A stretch of 64,000 nt of DNA from Octopus sinensis (lineage: Eukaryota): assembly GCF_006345805.1 (NCBI RefSeq), contig NC_043010.1:63116001-63180000 (forward strand). The letters are read 5' to 3'. A model generated the notes under the pieces. It was not told where the DNA came from and made no database searches. It worked only from the letters and a program-made list of their open reading frames with translations. A program made the position numbers and the translations under genes. How positions within the stretch are numbered: the first letter of the stretch is position 1; the number at the start of each line of letters is the position of its first letter. Below, one piece after another: positions 25,618 through 38,234 of the stretch.

Positions 25618-26404
25618 AAGGATGAAAGGCAAAGTCGACTTTGGTGGAGTTTGAACTCAGAACAGAAAGATAGACAAAATGCCGCTAAGCATTTTACCCG
25701 GTGTGCTAACAATTCTGCCAGTTCCCCAAAGTTGCTGCCCTCCTGCCTAAATCAGAAACAATTATTACAAAAAAAAAGCTGAGCTGGCCGAGTTGTTGGT
25801 GCGTCAAACAAAATGCTTAGTGGTCACATGCATTCAACAGTCAAATCCAAAAGCTTATGTATTCAAGCAAAATTTGTAGATTAAAGTGACCCCCCGGTAT
25901 TGGCCTGACACTAGTTTATCAACTTCCCAAAAAAATAAAAAGCAAAATTGACCTGGGAGAGATTTGGACTCCTAGATAAACTTTGCCAGTGATAAATGAC
26001 AGGGTTTTTAAACGACTTCTTACATAAACAGGGGAACATTACCAATATTTTAGAATGAGAATACATCGTAGAAAATACTATTATCATTGGTAAAGCAGTG
26101 AGTTGGCAGAACTGCTAGCTTGCCAGGCAAAAGGCTTAGAAGCTGAGTTCAAATTCCACCGAGGTCGACTTTGTTTTTCATTTTTTCAAGGTTGATAAAA
26201 TAAGTACCAGCTGAACATTGGGGTCAATGTAATCGACTAGTCCCATTGCCCCACAAAATTTCAGGCCCTGTGCCGTTAGTAGAAAGGATTATTATTATTA
26301 TTATTACTATTATTAACACAATGTGATTGCAACAGATAGTTCATTGGTTTGAAATATCTGCTGCAATCGCATTACACTCTTCATAATGTCTATATACTTT
26401 TGTG

Positions 26405-26700
26405 AGGTAAAATATTACTAGCCTCGCCTGGCCTCCGTGCCGGTGGCACGTAAAAAGCACCATCCGATTGTGGCCGTTTGCCAGCCCCATCTGGCACCTG
26501 TGCCGGTGGCACGTAAAAACCACCCACTACACTCACGGAGTGGTTGGTGTTAGGAAGGGCATCCAGCTGTAGAAACATTGCCAGATCAGACTGGGCCTAG
26601 TGCAGCCTTCTGGCTTCCCAGACCCCAGTTGAACCGTCCAACCCATGCTAGCATAGAAAGCGGACGCTAAACGAAGATGATGATGATGATGATGATTATT
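26405..26700 (+). mobile_element. SINE family C 3' part (RTE-type (GAT)n tail)
   Basis: ggcacgtaaaaagcacc subunits, then ggaagggcatccagctgtagaaac...ccgtccaacccatgctagcat...gatgatg. Many copies occur, e.g. 8090-8330, 52190-52530, 55965-56330 and 61745-62040. Confidence 0.8.
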
Positions 26701-27334
26701 CTCTTTGATAGATGTAATAATAATGATGATGATGATGATGATGATGATAATTCTGTTACCTTCAAAAGTAACAATTCTTTCTTAATTTTGACGCAAGGCC
26801 AACAGTTTTTGAGGGGAGGGGAATAGTCAATTACATCAGAATTTGCTAACATTGGCACAAGGCCACAAAGTTTGAAAGGAAAGGATCGATCTGATTCGAC
26901 AGACCCAAATATGTTACTGGTACTTATCGCATGACCCACCCCCACAAGACTTCAGTTCTACTTATTTCATGAGTTCTGTCAGAATGAAAGGCAAAATTTA
27001 CTGGGGAAGGGTGGGGGTGGGGTGACAACAACAACAACAACAGCAAAGTAATACTACTAATGCTAATAATTGTTTCTAATTTTGGCACAAGGTCAGGATT
27101 TTGAGGGGAAGGGAAAAGCTGATAACATCAACCCTGGAACTTGAGTAGCACTTGGTTTCAAATTTTGGCACAAGGCCAACAAGGGGGGAAGGGTGGGGGG
27201 GTTAGTTGACTGAAGTGACCCCAGTATCTAACTGGTAGTTTATTTTATTTTATTTTTTGACCTCCAAATGATAAAAAGCGAAATTGACCCCCCAAACAAA
27301 TTTCAATTCAGAATGTAAACAGTCAGACATTAAC

Positions 27335-28200
27335 AATAATTATTATTTCTATTCTAGGCATGAGGCTTTGAAAATTTGGGGGGGAGAAGGGGGCTAGTCG
27401 ATTACACTGACCCCCAGTGCATTACTGATGCTTATTTCATCAACCCCGAAAGAGTGAAAGACAAAGTCGACTTTGGTGGAATTTGAACTCAGAATGCAGT
27501 GGCAGACGAAATACCTATTTCTTTACTACCCACAAGGGGCTAAACACAGAGAAGACAAACAAGGACAGACAAACGGATTAAGTTGATTATACCGACCCCA
27601 GTGCGTAACTGGTACTTATTTAATCGACCCTGAAAGGATGAAAGGCAAAGTCGACCTCAGCGGAATTTGAACTCAGAACGTAGCGGCAGATGAAATACCG
27701 CTAAGCATTTCGCCCGGTGTGCTAACAAGCTTGCCACCTTAATAATAATAATCTTTTCTTCTCTAGGCACAGGGCCCAAAATTTTGGGGGAGAGGGGCCA
27801 GTCAATTAGATTGACTCCAGTATGCAACTGGTACTTAATTTATTGACCCCCGAAAGGATAAAAGGCAAAGTCAACCTTGCTGGAATTTGAACTCAGAACG
27901 TAGCAGCAGACAAAATACTGCTAAGCATTTCGCCCGGCATGCTAACAATTCTGCCAGCTTGCTACCTTAATAATAATAATAATCTTTTTTACTCTAGGCA
28001 CAGGGCCCAAAATTTTGGGGGAGAGGGCCAGCTGATTAGATCGACTCCAGTACACAACTGGTACTTAATTTATCGACCCCAGAAAGGATGAAAGGCAAAG
28101 TCAACCTTGCTGGAATTTGAACTCAGAACGTAGCAGCAGACAAAATATAGCTAAGCATTTAGCCTGGCGTGCTAATGAGTCTGCCAGCTCGCTACCTTAA
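27335..28200 (-). mobile_element. Tandem array of four SINE-A units directly 3' of the zinc-finger gene
   Basis: The repeated SINE-A body; the last two ~230-bp units are nearly identical. Confidence 0.85.
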
Positions 28201-28307
28201 TAATAATAATAATAATATTAGAAGCAACCAATTGAAAACATGTTTGTGTGTTTGAGATGTTGTTTGTATAAAACACATGTTGTAGGGTCCAGGTCTGTGT
28301 GCTTCTG

Positions 28308-28631
28308 TCATTTCGATGTGCTGGGGTGGCTGGTCTGGCCCTTTGTGGGGGCGGTTCCTCTTGGATACTCAATCCTACTGCATGGGAAAACACTGGGCAT
28401 GTTTGCCCAGGTGGTAGGGGGCATCGAGGTCATAGAAAAGCCGCGGGGCCAGAGGTAGTTGCCCTCCCAGCGCTGGGACATCTCGTGGAGGTTCATGGAG
28501 GTCATCCACGAGGAAGAGGTGTGAGGGGCTGCTGACGATGACGAAACAGACGAAGGAGATGACGCGGGCATTAATGACTGTCCTGACCGTCCACTGACCG
28601 AGGGGGAGGGGATCAACAACGAGGTGTTGGA

Positions 28632-28676
<45 letters not shown>

Positions 28677-31007
28677 CTGCTGTTGTTGTTGTTGTTGTGT
28701 CATGTGAGCATTCGACGGGCGGTTGTTCTGGTTCTGGTTGTGAGCCATCGTCTGAGTGTAGTCAGTAGCAGACTTCAGATTCGAACTCTCGCTCTTCACA
28801 TTACCTGCATTAACTGCAGAGTTGTTTGTTGCACTGACTGCAGTCGGAACCCTGGGGTTGTTGGCTCCACTCGGGGTTGTCTTCACACCGGTGCTGCCAC
28901 CTGCGACACTGCTTCCGTTGTCCTGCAACAGCATGGCGTCCCTCTCGGCAGACTGCTTAGCTGCGAGCATGAGGCTTGCGTTGTGTGCCTTAGCAGCATG
29001 CGAGCGCTTGTGGTTGATCAACGTGGTCCGTTGTGCGAAGGATTTCGAGCACAAGTCACAGGTGAACGGCTTCACGCCCGTGTGAACACGTTCGTGCGCA
29101 TGCAAGTTACTAAGCTGACTGAACATTTTATTGCAGGTGTTGCATCGATATGGCTTCTCACCCGAGTGTACGCGCTCGTGCGTCCGTAAATTAACCAGCT
29201 GAGTAAATGCCTTCGAACACATTGAACACTTAAAAAGGTCTCCCGAATGCAAGCGACGGTGATTTTCAAGGTTTGCACGCTGGCTGAACGTCTTTGAACA
29301 CTGTTCGCAGCTGTATGGTTTTTCCCCGGTGTGAATACGTTCGTGCATTTTCTGGTTGCTCTGCTGACTAAATGCTTTCGGACAATAACTACATTTGAAA
29401 GGCTTCTCACCTGTGTGAGTCCTTATGTGAGATTTTTGCTCGGTCTGCTGACAAAATGCTTTAGGGCAATACGTGCATTTGTAAGGCTTGATCCCCGTGT
29501 GAATACGTTCGTGGTTCTGCAAGTTGATTTCCAATGTGAAGGCTTTTCCACAAACTAAGCACTTGAACAAGTCCCCCGTGTGGATCCGCTTATGACTGTC
29601 AAGGTTAGTTTTTTGAGAAAACGACCGATCACACTGGTCACAGTGGAACCGTTTTTCACCTGTATGTGAACACAGGTGGGCCTTTAACGTGCCCTGTTGA
29701 CTAAATGATTTGGAGCAGTAGGTGCAGTGGTAAGGCTTCACGCCCGTGTGCAGTCGCTCGTGGTTGTTTAGTGCACTTTGTTGCGAAAATCTCGAGCTGC
29801 AAAACGTGCAGGCAAAGGGCCGCTCCCCCGTGTGCACTCGTTCATGGTTGCGTAAGTTTATCTCGAGGGTAAATGCTTTGGGGCAGGTCGAACACTTGAA
29901 GAGGTCGCCGGTGTGAATGCGTTTATGACTGTCGAGGTTTGTCTTTTGAGAGAAGGAACGGTCACAGAGGTCGCAGTGGAAGCGTTTCTCACCTGTGTGC
30001 GAACAAAGGTGAGCTTTGAGAGTCCCCTGTTGGCTGAAGGATTTCGAGCAGAACGTGCACTGGTATGGTTTCACTCCCGTGTGTAGGCGTTCGTGGTTGC
30101 GAAGTGCGCTCTGCTGAGAGAAGCGACGGTTGCAATAGGTGCAAACAAACGGCCTCTCCCCCGTATGGATCCTCTGGTGGTTATGAAGATTGATCTCCAG
30201 AGTGAAAGCTTTAGAACAGATCTGACATGTAAACAAGTCTCCTGTATGCACCCTCTTGTGACTGTCCAGGTTAGTCTTCTGGCTGAAACATTTCTCACAC
30301 TTGTCGCATTTGTACGGTTTCTCTCCTGAATGTGTACGAAGGTGGATCTTTAGGTTTCCCTGTTGGCTGAATGACTTTGAACAAATGGCACAGTGAAAGG
30401 GCTTCTCACCCGAATGCACACGCTGGTGGCTTTTCAGGTTTACCAATAGACTGAAGGCCTTACCGCATGTGTTACAGGTGAAAGGTTTGACCCCCGTATG
30501 TGTCCTCTCGTGATTGCGGAGAAAAATTTGCTGGGAGAAAGCTTTGTTACAAAACGAACAAAAGAAAGTTTTCTCTTTGGCTAGACTTTTCTGTAGTGCT
30601 GGATCGCTGACGCTTTGGAGGTTCGGCTGTCCCACCATCGGTACGGTGAGCATCGCCTGAGGGGGTGGGATTGCAGGAACTGTTAGGGGTAGGGACAGTA
30701 AACCCGAGCCGCCCATCGAACACTCGTGGCTCATCATGTCCATCTTTTGGTTGAAGGTCTTCTTGCAGACTTCACATTTGAACTGTTTCCTTTCAGACGC
30801 ATCGTTCGAGTCGCACTGCGAGTCATGAGTCTTTGCAGACGATGGGGAAGCAGAGGTGTTGGGAGGGAGCTGATGGGATGAAGCGGATGAGGAAGGGGGA
30901 GGGGGAGGGTGGGGCGGGGGAGAAATCAGGAGGTCACTTTGGTAGAAGGGCTGGGAGTTGAGGTTGTAAGGGTTTCCAGCTGTATATACAAATTGTGTCG
31001 GATACAT
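28308..31007 (-). CDS. C2H2 zinc-finger protein, 899 aa from the first in-frame ATG: Pro/Ser-rich N-terminus, one atypical finger, 19 tandem C2H2 fingers, poly-Gln and Ser-rich C-terminus
   Basis: Uninterrupted ORF with 19 C-x2-C-x12-H-x3-H fingers and TGEKP-type linkers at 28998-30566, and Q22 at 28632-28697. The track's start at 31103 is TTG; the frame is closed upstream by TGA at 31182-31184. A splice acceptor (polypyrimidine + cacag|) lies at 31268-31269. Confidence 0.95.
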
Positions 31008-31504
31008 TTTAAACTGTTCCTGCTTGACAACTTGATAAAGGACCGAGGTGGACTTAGACACGATTACATGTGCACTGTGTGGCTCTTTGGCAGCAATATA
31101 CAAAATGTATACATTTGATGCTTGTGCTGCTTTGATACGTCTCTCTCTCCGATGCAGGACAATGACAACTGAATTCTGTGGTCAATCTGAAGACGGTGAA
31201 AGTCAGGCCATCCGGCAGGTAGAAAGTCATCACTGACCATAGCCAGGTGGCGCCACTGTTGAATGATCTGTGAAAGATAAAAGACAAGATTTAGAGATAA
31301 AAAAAATCATACTGACGTTTAAACAGAAATACTTCAGATGAATTTTGACCAAACATCTTTGGAATGTCATCATCATCATCATCATCAGCAAGACAATATT
31401 TATATCTATACCAAAAACCCAGTCTTCAGCCACAATACTATACATTAAATGTTCTAAGATAAATTGTTGTTAATGATATAATTAACTCTCTTTCTCTCTC
31501 TCTC

Positions 31505-31864
31505 TGTATATGTATGTATGTATGTATGTATGTATATATGTATGTATGTGTGTATGTATGTATGTGTGTATGTATGTATGTGTGTATGTATGTATGTATG
31601 TGTGTATGTATGTGTGTATGTATGTATGTGTGTATGTATGTATGTATGTGTGTATGTATGTGTGTATGTGTATGTATGTGTGTAAGTACGTATGTACGTA
31701 TGTATGTATGTATGTGTGTATGTATGTGTGTATGTATGTATGTGCATGCGTGTGTATGTATGTATGTGTGTATGTATGTATGTATGTGCATGCGTGTGTA
31801 TGTATGGATGTGTGTGTGTATGTATGCATGTGTATATATATTTATGTATATATATATATGTGTG

Positions 31865-31895
<31 letters not shown>
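31505..31895. repeat. (TATG)n/(TG)n/(TA)n microsatellite
   Basis: Read directly. Confidence 0.95.
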
Positions 31896-32304
31896 GATGA
31901 CCATTAGTGACACATTATTTTTTACAGCTGGATGTTCTTCCTGTCACTCTAACCCTTGCCATGCTGGAGCAGCATCTATCGATTCCACTTCTTAATTTTA
32001 AATCTGCCACATATTTTATAAAAATCCCTATTTTCCAAACTGTTATAAATAGATACTCAGGTGCACGCGTCTGTGTATCTTTTATCTTTTATCTTTGGTT
32101 CGTTTCAGTCATTTGACTGTGGCCATGCTGGGGCACCACGTTGAAGAATTTTTGGTCAAGCAAATCAACGTTAGGACTTTCTGTTTTCGAAAGCCTCATA
32201 TTTATTCTGTTGGTTCCTTTTGCTGAGCTGCTAAGTTGCGGGGACAAACCAATATCAGATGTCAAGTAACAATGGGGAGACAAACACAAAAGCACACACA
32301 CACA

Positions 32305-33102
32305 CAGAGGGTGCGATGGGTTAAATTGTCACTATATTATATCTTTAATTTCGTGCATGCACATTGTTTGTTTTTGATTTTGTTGACTACACAGTATGGT
32401 AGGGTCAGTTGGGCACCGTCTGTAAGAAAAACAGCAGCATGACATAATTCACTCAGCCAGAAATTTGGAAATGACATGCTCTACTGCTTGGCATTTGCAT
32501 TGGAAGCTCTAAAACAAACATCCAGTCAACATCATGTGTTTGGAGTGATCACTGTGTGATGGCCACATTATACCTCCATTCATCTTCCCACATGGCCTCA
32601 GACTCAACACGGAGGCCTACATCATGCGCCTAGAGGAGGTAGTGCTGCTCTGTGTCAAGAGGGTGGCTGCTGGAACCCCCTATGTCTAGCAACAGGACCC
32701 TGCACCATGTCACACAAGCAGGAGAACCCAGTCATGGCTGTCAGACAATTTCTGTGACCACATCACCCCTAACATCTGGCCACCTAACTCCCCACGTTAC
32801 AACCCCCTTTATTATTATGTGTGGGGCACAGTTGAGCGAGAGACCAACAAAACTCCTTGTAACACCAAAGATGAATTGAAGGCAAGGATTATGGCAGCAT
32901 TCACCAACTTAAACAAAGAGACCATCCAGAAGAGTTGCAGGAGATTCCAAAGTTGAAGCCAATGGGGATTTCAGTGAATAAATTTACTCTTAAATATTTC
33001 AATATATTTTTATGTAATTTTGGTAAATATATCTGAAAATGAGATATCAGTGTTATTTTCATTTTTGCGTAATTTAGATGATAGGTTATTCACTACACTC
33101 TG
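32305..33102 (+). mobile_element. Internally deleted Tc1/mariner element of DD37D (maT) type
   Basis: Translates KHPVNIM..DGHIIPPFIFPHGLRLNTEAYI..QQDPAPCHTSRRTQSWL..WPPNSPRYNPFYYYVWG..KDELKARI. There are 37 residues between the QQD Asp and the mutated third Asp position. The TIRs are weak, so the ends are approximate. Confidence 0.8.
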
Positions 33103-33578
33103 TATGTGGCTGTATGGTAAGAAACTCGCTTCCCAACCACATGGTTCCAGGTTCAGTCCCACTGGGTGGCACCTTGGGCAAGAGTCTTCTAAATTAGACT
33201 CGGGCCGACCAAAGTCTTGTGAGGGGATTTAGTAAACAGAAACTGAAAGAAGCCCATCACACACATGTGTGTGTGTATATATATATATATGTACATGTAT
33301 ATATATATATGTTTGTGTGTCCTTGCATCTGTGTTTGTCCCCCCACCATCGCTTGACACCCGATGTCGGCGTGTTTGCATCCACATAACATAGCAGTTCA
33401 GCAAATGAGGCCAATAGAATAAGTACCAGGCTTACAACGAATAAGTCCAAGGGTCAATTTATCCGACTAAAGGCAGTGTTCCAGCATGGCCAAAGCCAAA
33501 CGACTGAAATAAATAAAAGAATATATATATTTATATGACGTTAAACGATGATGATATATATATATATATATATATATA

Positions 33579-33965
33579 GGCGCGGGAGTGGCTGTGTGGT
33601 AAGTAGCTTGTTTACCAACCACATGGTTCCAGGTTCAGTCCCACTGCGTGGCATCTTGGGTAAGTGTCTTCTACTATAGTCTTGGGCCGACCAAAGCCTT
33701 GTGAGTGGATTTGGTAGACGGAATCTGAAAGAAGCCCATCGTATATATATGTGTGTGTGTGTTTGTGTGTCTGTGTTTGTCCCCCTAGCATTGCTTGACA
33801 ACTGATGCTGGTGTGTTTACGTCGCCATCACTTAGCGGTTCGGCAAAAGAGAGCGATAGAATAAGTGCTGGGCTTACAAAGAATAAGTCCCGGGGTCGAT
33901 TTGTTCGACTAAAGGCAGTGCTCCAGCATGGCTGCAGTCAAATGACTGAAACAAGTAAGAGAGTA
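33579..33965 (+). mobile_element. Full-length SINE family B (tRNA-like head, internal microsatellite, 3' tail)
   Basis: ggcgcgggagtggctgtgtgg head, B box ggttcagtccc, tail atgactgaaacaagtaa. Other copies lie at about 33105-33520, 41635-42005, 48255-48450 (-), 50870-51038 (-) and 51300-51640. Confidence 0.85.
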
Positions 33966-34254
33966 AAAAGAGTAAAGAGAGTATATATATATGATGTTAG
34001 ACAATGATGATATATATATATCTTTTATCATTTACTTGTTTCAGTCATTAGACTGTGGCCATGCTGGAGCACTGCTTTGAAGGGTTTTAGTCAAACAAAT
34101 TCACCCAGGACTTATTCTTTAAGCCAAGAGCATACTCTATCAGCCTCTTTCACTGAACCGCTAAGTTACAGAGACATAAATACACCAACACCAGCTGTCA
34201 AGTGGAAACATTTGGGCCAAATACAAAGATGCACAAACATGATATATATATGTA

Positions 34255-34285
<31 letters not shown>

Positions 34286-34408
34286 GTATGTATATGTGTA
34301 TATATATATATATGTATGTATGTATATGTATATATATGTGTATGTATATATATATATATATGTATGTATATGTGTGTGTATATATATATATATATGTATG
34401 TATATGTA

Positions 34409-34451
<43 letters not shown>

Positions 34452-34574
34452 ATGTGTATATATATATATGACAGGCTCTTTTAATGTCCATTGGGAATTG
34501 AAACTTGATGCAAGACTTCCAGCATTTCTGTTAAAAGCACCACTAGCACAACACCACTCCAAACACCATCTCTG

Positions 34575-34612
34575 CTAACACTACCACCACCACCACCACC
34601 ACCACCACCACC

Positions 34613-34696
<84 letters not shown>

Positions 34697-35160
34697 TTGC
34701 TATCAATAATACCACCACCAACAACACCAGCATCACCATCAGCTACATCTCAGGTAACACCAACACAACAACTAACACCATTTTTGTTAAAAACCACTAC
34801 CACCACCACCGCCATCACCACCACCACCACCACTGCCAACATCACCACCTCAGGTAACGACACCAACACAATCACCTCCAATACTGACTTGCACCACCAC
34901 AAACCACCACCGTGCAGTAAAGAAAGAAAACCCGGCTCCAGAACCACCACCACCACCACCACCATCACAACCCCCACCATCATTATCAAATATCTCACAG
35001 CATTCACTGCTACCACCACCACCACCACCACCCAGCCACAATCCCCAACACACAACCATCATACAACAACCTCCACCACCACCACCACCACCACCAAAAT
35101 CCCTGTCACATCCCCATCATGCAACATCCACCACCACCACCACCATCATCATCACTACTA
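34575..35160. repeat. (CAC)/(CAA) trinucleotide low-complexity region
   Basis: Read directly; source of the Thr-rich ORF 34697-35227. Confidence 0.85.
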
Positions 35161-35487
35161 TTGTTATTCTTTTGCAATTTTTCTTCAAATTTTTTCCCAT
35201 TTTTCTATTAAATTTGTCTCGTTCTAGTTTGAAGTTAAATGAATCATGTTGGACCATTCTTTGGCTGACGTTGTGGATGTGTGTGTGCGTGTGCATGTGT
35301 GTGTGTGTACTTGTAGTAGTATGAGGGAGGGAGACGGAAAGAAGAAAATGGAAGGTGGATGGGAGGGGGGACACAAACGGAGGGAAAGAAAGAGAGAGAA
35401 AGAAAGAAACAGATAAATAGAAAAAGGTAGACAGACAAGTATATATATATATATATATACAGAGAGAGAGAGAGAGAGAGAGAGGGG

Positions 35488-35489
<2 letters not shown>

Positions 35490-35518
<29 letters not shown>

Positions 35519-35837
35519 GGATGGATGGATGGATGGATGGATAGATAGATAGGTAGGTAGGTAGGTAGATAGGGAGAGAGACAGACAGACAGATAGAAAG
35601 GCAGGCAGGTATAGAGATGGATAGACAAAGAAAAGTAGATAGACAGATAGTTAGACAGAGATATGGATAAATAGATAGATAGAGAGATGGATAGATAGAC
35701 AGACAGACATACAGACAGATAGATAAACAGATAGAGAAACGGATAGACATGGATAGATAGATAGATAGATAGATAGATTGATAGATAGATAGATAGATAG
35801 ATAGATAAATTGATAGATAGATAGATAGATAGATAGG

Positions 35838-35895
<58 letters not shown>

Positions 35896-35970
35896 CGTAG
35901 ATAGACAGATAGATAGATAGATAGATACGTAGAAATACATACATATGCTTAAATAGATAGATAGATAGAT

Positions 35971-36056
<86 letters not shown>
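35490..36056. repeat. (GATA)n microsatellite complex
   Basis: Read directly. Confidence 0.95.
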
Positions 36057-36366
36057 GAGTCAAAAAAATAGACAAGCCAAATATATAGACATATAGGTAG
36101 TGAAATAGATAAAAAGATAGTTAAATAGACAGAAAGACAAAAAGTTAAATATGTAGAAAGAAAATGGAGAGGGAAAGAGTAAAGGGCAAAGAGATGGGCC
36201 CCAACCGAACCAGAGAGAAGAGAGAACCATACAAAGACAAATCGAGAGGCAATGAAGGAACTGCGCAAATATATAAAACATTATTAAGGATCTTCTCTCT
36301 CTTTCTCTCTCACACACATTGACAAAGTATATCTATCATATAAGAAGATATATATATGCATATATA

Positions 36367-36404
<38 letters not shown>

Positions 36405-36597
36405 TATATATATATGCATGAATATGAACACACATATATACACAGATATAAAGACACATATATATATAATGACTGTATAAACATGCGTGTGTGTGTGTAT
36501 ATATATATATATATACATACACACACATATGTACAACATATATACATGTACATACACACACACACATATATATATATACATATATACATACATAGAT

Positions 36598-36630
<33 letters not shown>

Positions 36631-36784
36631 AACACACATACACGCATATATACACACATATATACGCACACACATTTACATATAACACACACATACATAT
36701 ATATATATATACATATATATATAAGCATATATGCATACACACACAAACCACATACCTACATATCACCATATACATGAGCACACA

Positions 36785-36847
<63 letters not shown>

Positions 36848-37058
36848 GAATGAGTGAGTGTATACGTTCTTACATACATAATTTATATTCAAAACAAATT
36901 TACAGAGGGGAAAAAAAATGCGGATTTTCAATCTGAAAAATAATATTTTCCCTATTGAAGGAGTAAATTTCTTTAGAGGTGAAATAAAGATATTTTAATT
37001 TGGTTTATCTGGAATTGCTTTGTTTTTTTGTTTTTTACATGTGTGTGTGTATGTGTGT

Positions 37059-37098
<40 letters not shown>

Positions 37099-37285
37099 AG
37101 TTGGAGTGATCTGAAAGCAAGAGGCACCACACAGCTACACAGACATGGTGTATATGTTGTTTGTGTAGATATATTGTGTGGAAAATATCTGCATTTTCAC
37201 ATTAATATCATCGTCATCGTCGTCGTCATCATTTAACATCCTTTTTTGCCCATGCTGGCATGGGTTGGACGGTTTGTCAAGAACA

Positions 37286-38234
37286 GAAGGCGGCGAGCTG
37301 GCAGAAGCGTTAGCACGTCGGGCGAAATGCTTTGCGGTATTTCGTCTGCCATTACGTTCTGAGTTCAAATTCCGCCGAGGTCGACTTTGCCTTTCATCTT
37401 TTCGGGGTCGATAAATTAAGTACCAGTTACGCACTGGGGTTGATGTAATCGACTTAATACCTATGTCTGTCCTTGTTTGTCCCCTCTATGTTTAGCCCCT
37501 TGTGGGTAATAATGAAATAGGTTTGTCAAGAACAGACGAGCCAGAGGGCTCTGCTAGATTCTATGTCTGATTTGCCACGGTTTCAACAGATACCATCATC
37601 ATCATCGTTTAACGTTCGCTGTCCATGCTGGCATGGGTTGGACGGTTTGAGAGGAGCTGACCAGGCAGATGACTGCACCAGACTTCTGTGTCTGCTTTTG
37701 GCACGGTTTTTACGGGTGGTTGCTCTTCCTAACACCAACCACCTGGCAGATATATAGATAGAAGGCGGCGAGCTGGCAGAAACGTTAGCACGTCGGGCGA
37801 AATGCTTTGTGGTATTTCGTCTGCCATTACGTTCTGAGTTCAAATTCCGCCGAGGTCGACTTTGCCTTTCATCCTTTCGGGGTCAATAAATTAAGTACCA
37901 GTTACGCACTGGGGTCGATGTAATCGACTTAATACCTATGTCTGTCCTTGTTTGTCCCCTCTATGTTTAGCCCCTTGTGGGTAATAATGAAATAGGTTTG
38001 TCAAGAACAGACGAGCCAGAGGGCTCTGCTAGATTCTATGTCTCATTTGCCACGGTTTCAACAGATACCATCATCATCATCGTTTAACGTCTGCTTTCCA
38101 TGCTGGCATGGGTTGGACGGTTTGAGAGGAACTGACTAGGCAGATGACTGTACCAGACTTCTGTGTCTGTTTTGGCACGGTTTTTACGGGTGGATGCCCT
38201 TCCTAACATCAACCACCCGGGAGATATATAGATA
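37286..38234 (+). repeat. Tandem duplication, 475-bp period (SINE-A plus SINE-C composite)
   Basis: 37286-37760 and 37761-38234 are about 95% identical by eye and share diagnostic variants. Confidence 0.9.
37288..37519 (+). mobile_element. Full-length SINE family A with a 17-bp TSD
   Basis: TSD ggtttgtcaagaacaga at 37271-37287 and 37520-37536; A box tggcagaagcgttag and B box gagttcaaattcc. It is inserted into a SINE-C copy. Confidence 0.9.

Noticed and set aside
28650-30329. Plus-strand and alternate-frame ORFs overlapping the zinc-finger gene
   Set aside because: These are antisense or shadow frames of a repetitive, GC-richer CDS.
34697-35227. Mucin-like Thr-rich ORF
   Set aside because: It lies within CAC/CAA repeats with no signal peptide or exon boundaries.
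35224-36268. IYLS-repeat ORFs
   Set aside because: They are translations of (GATA)n.
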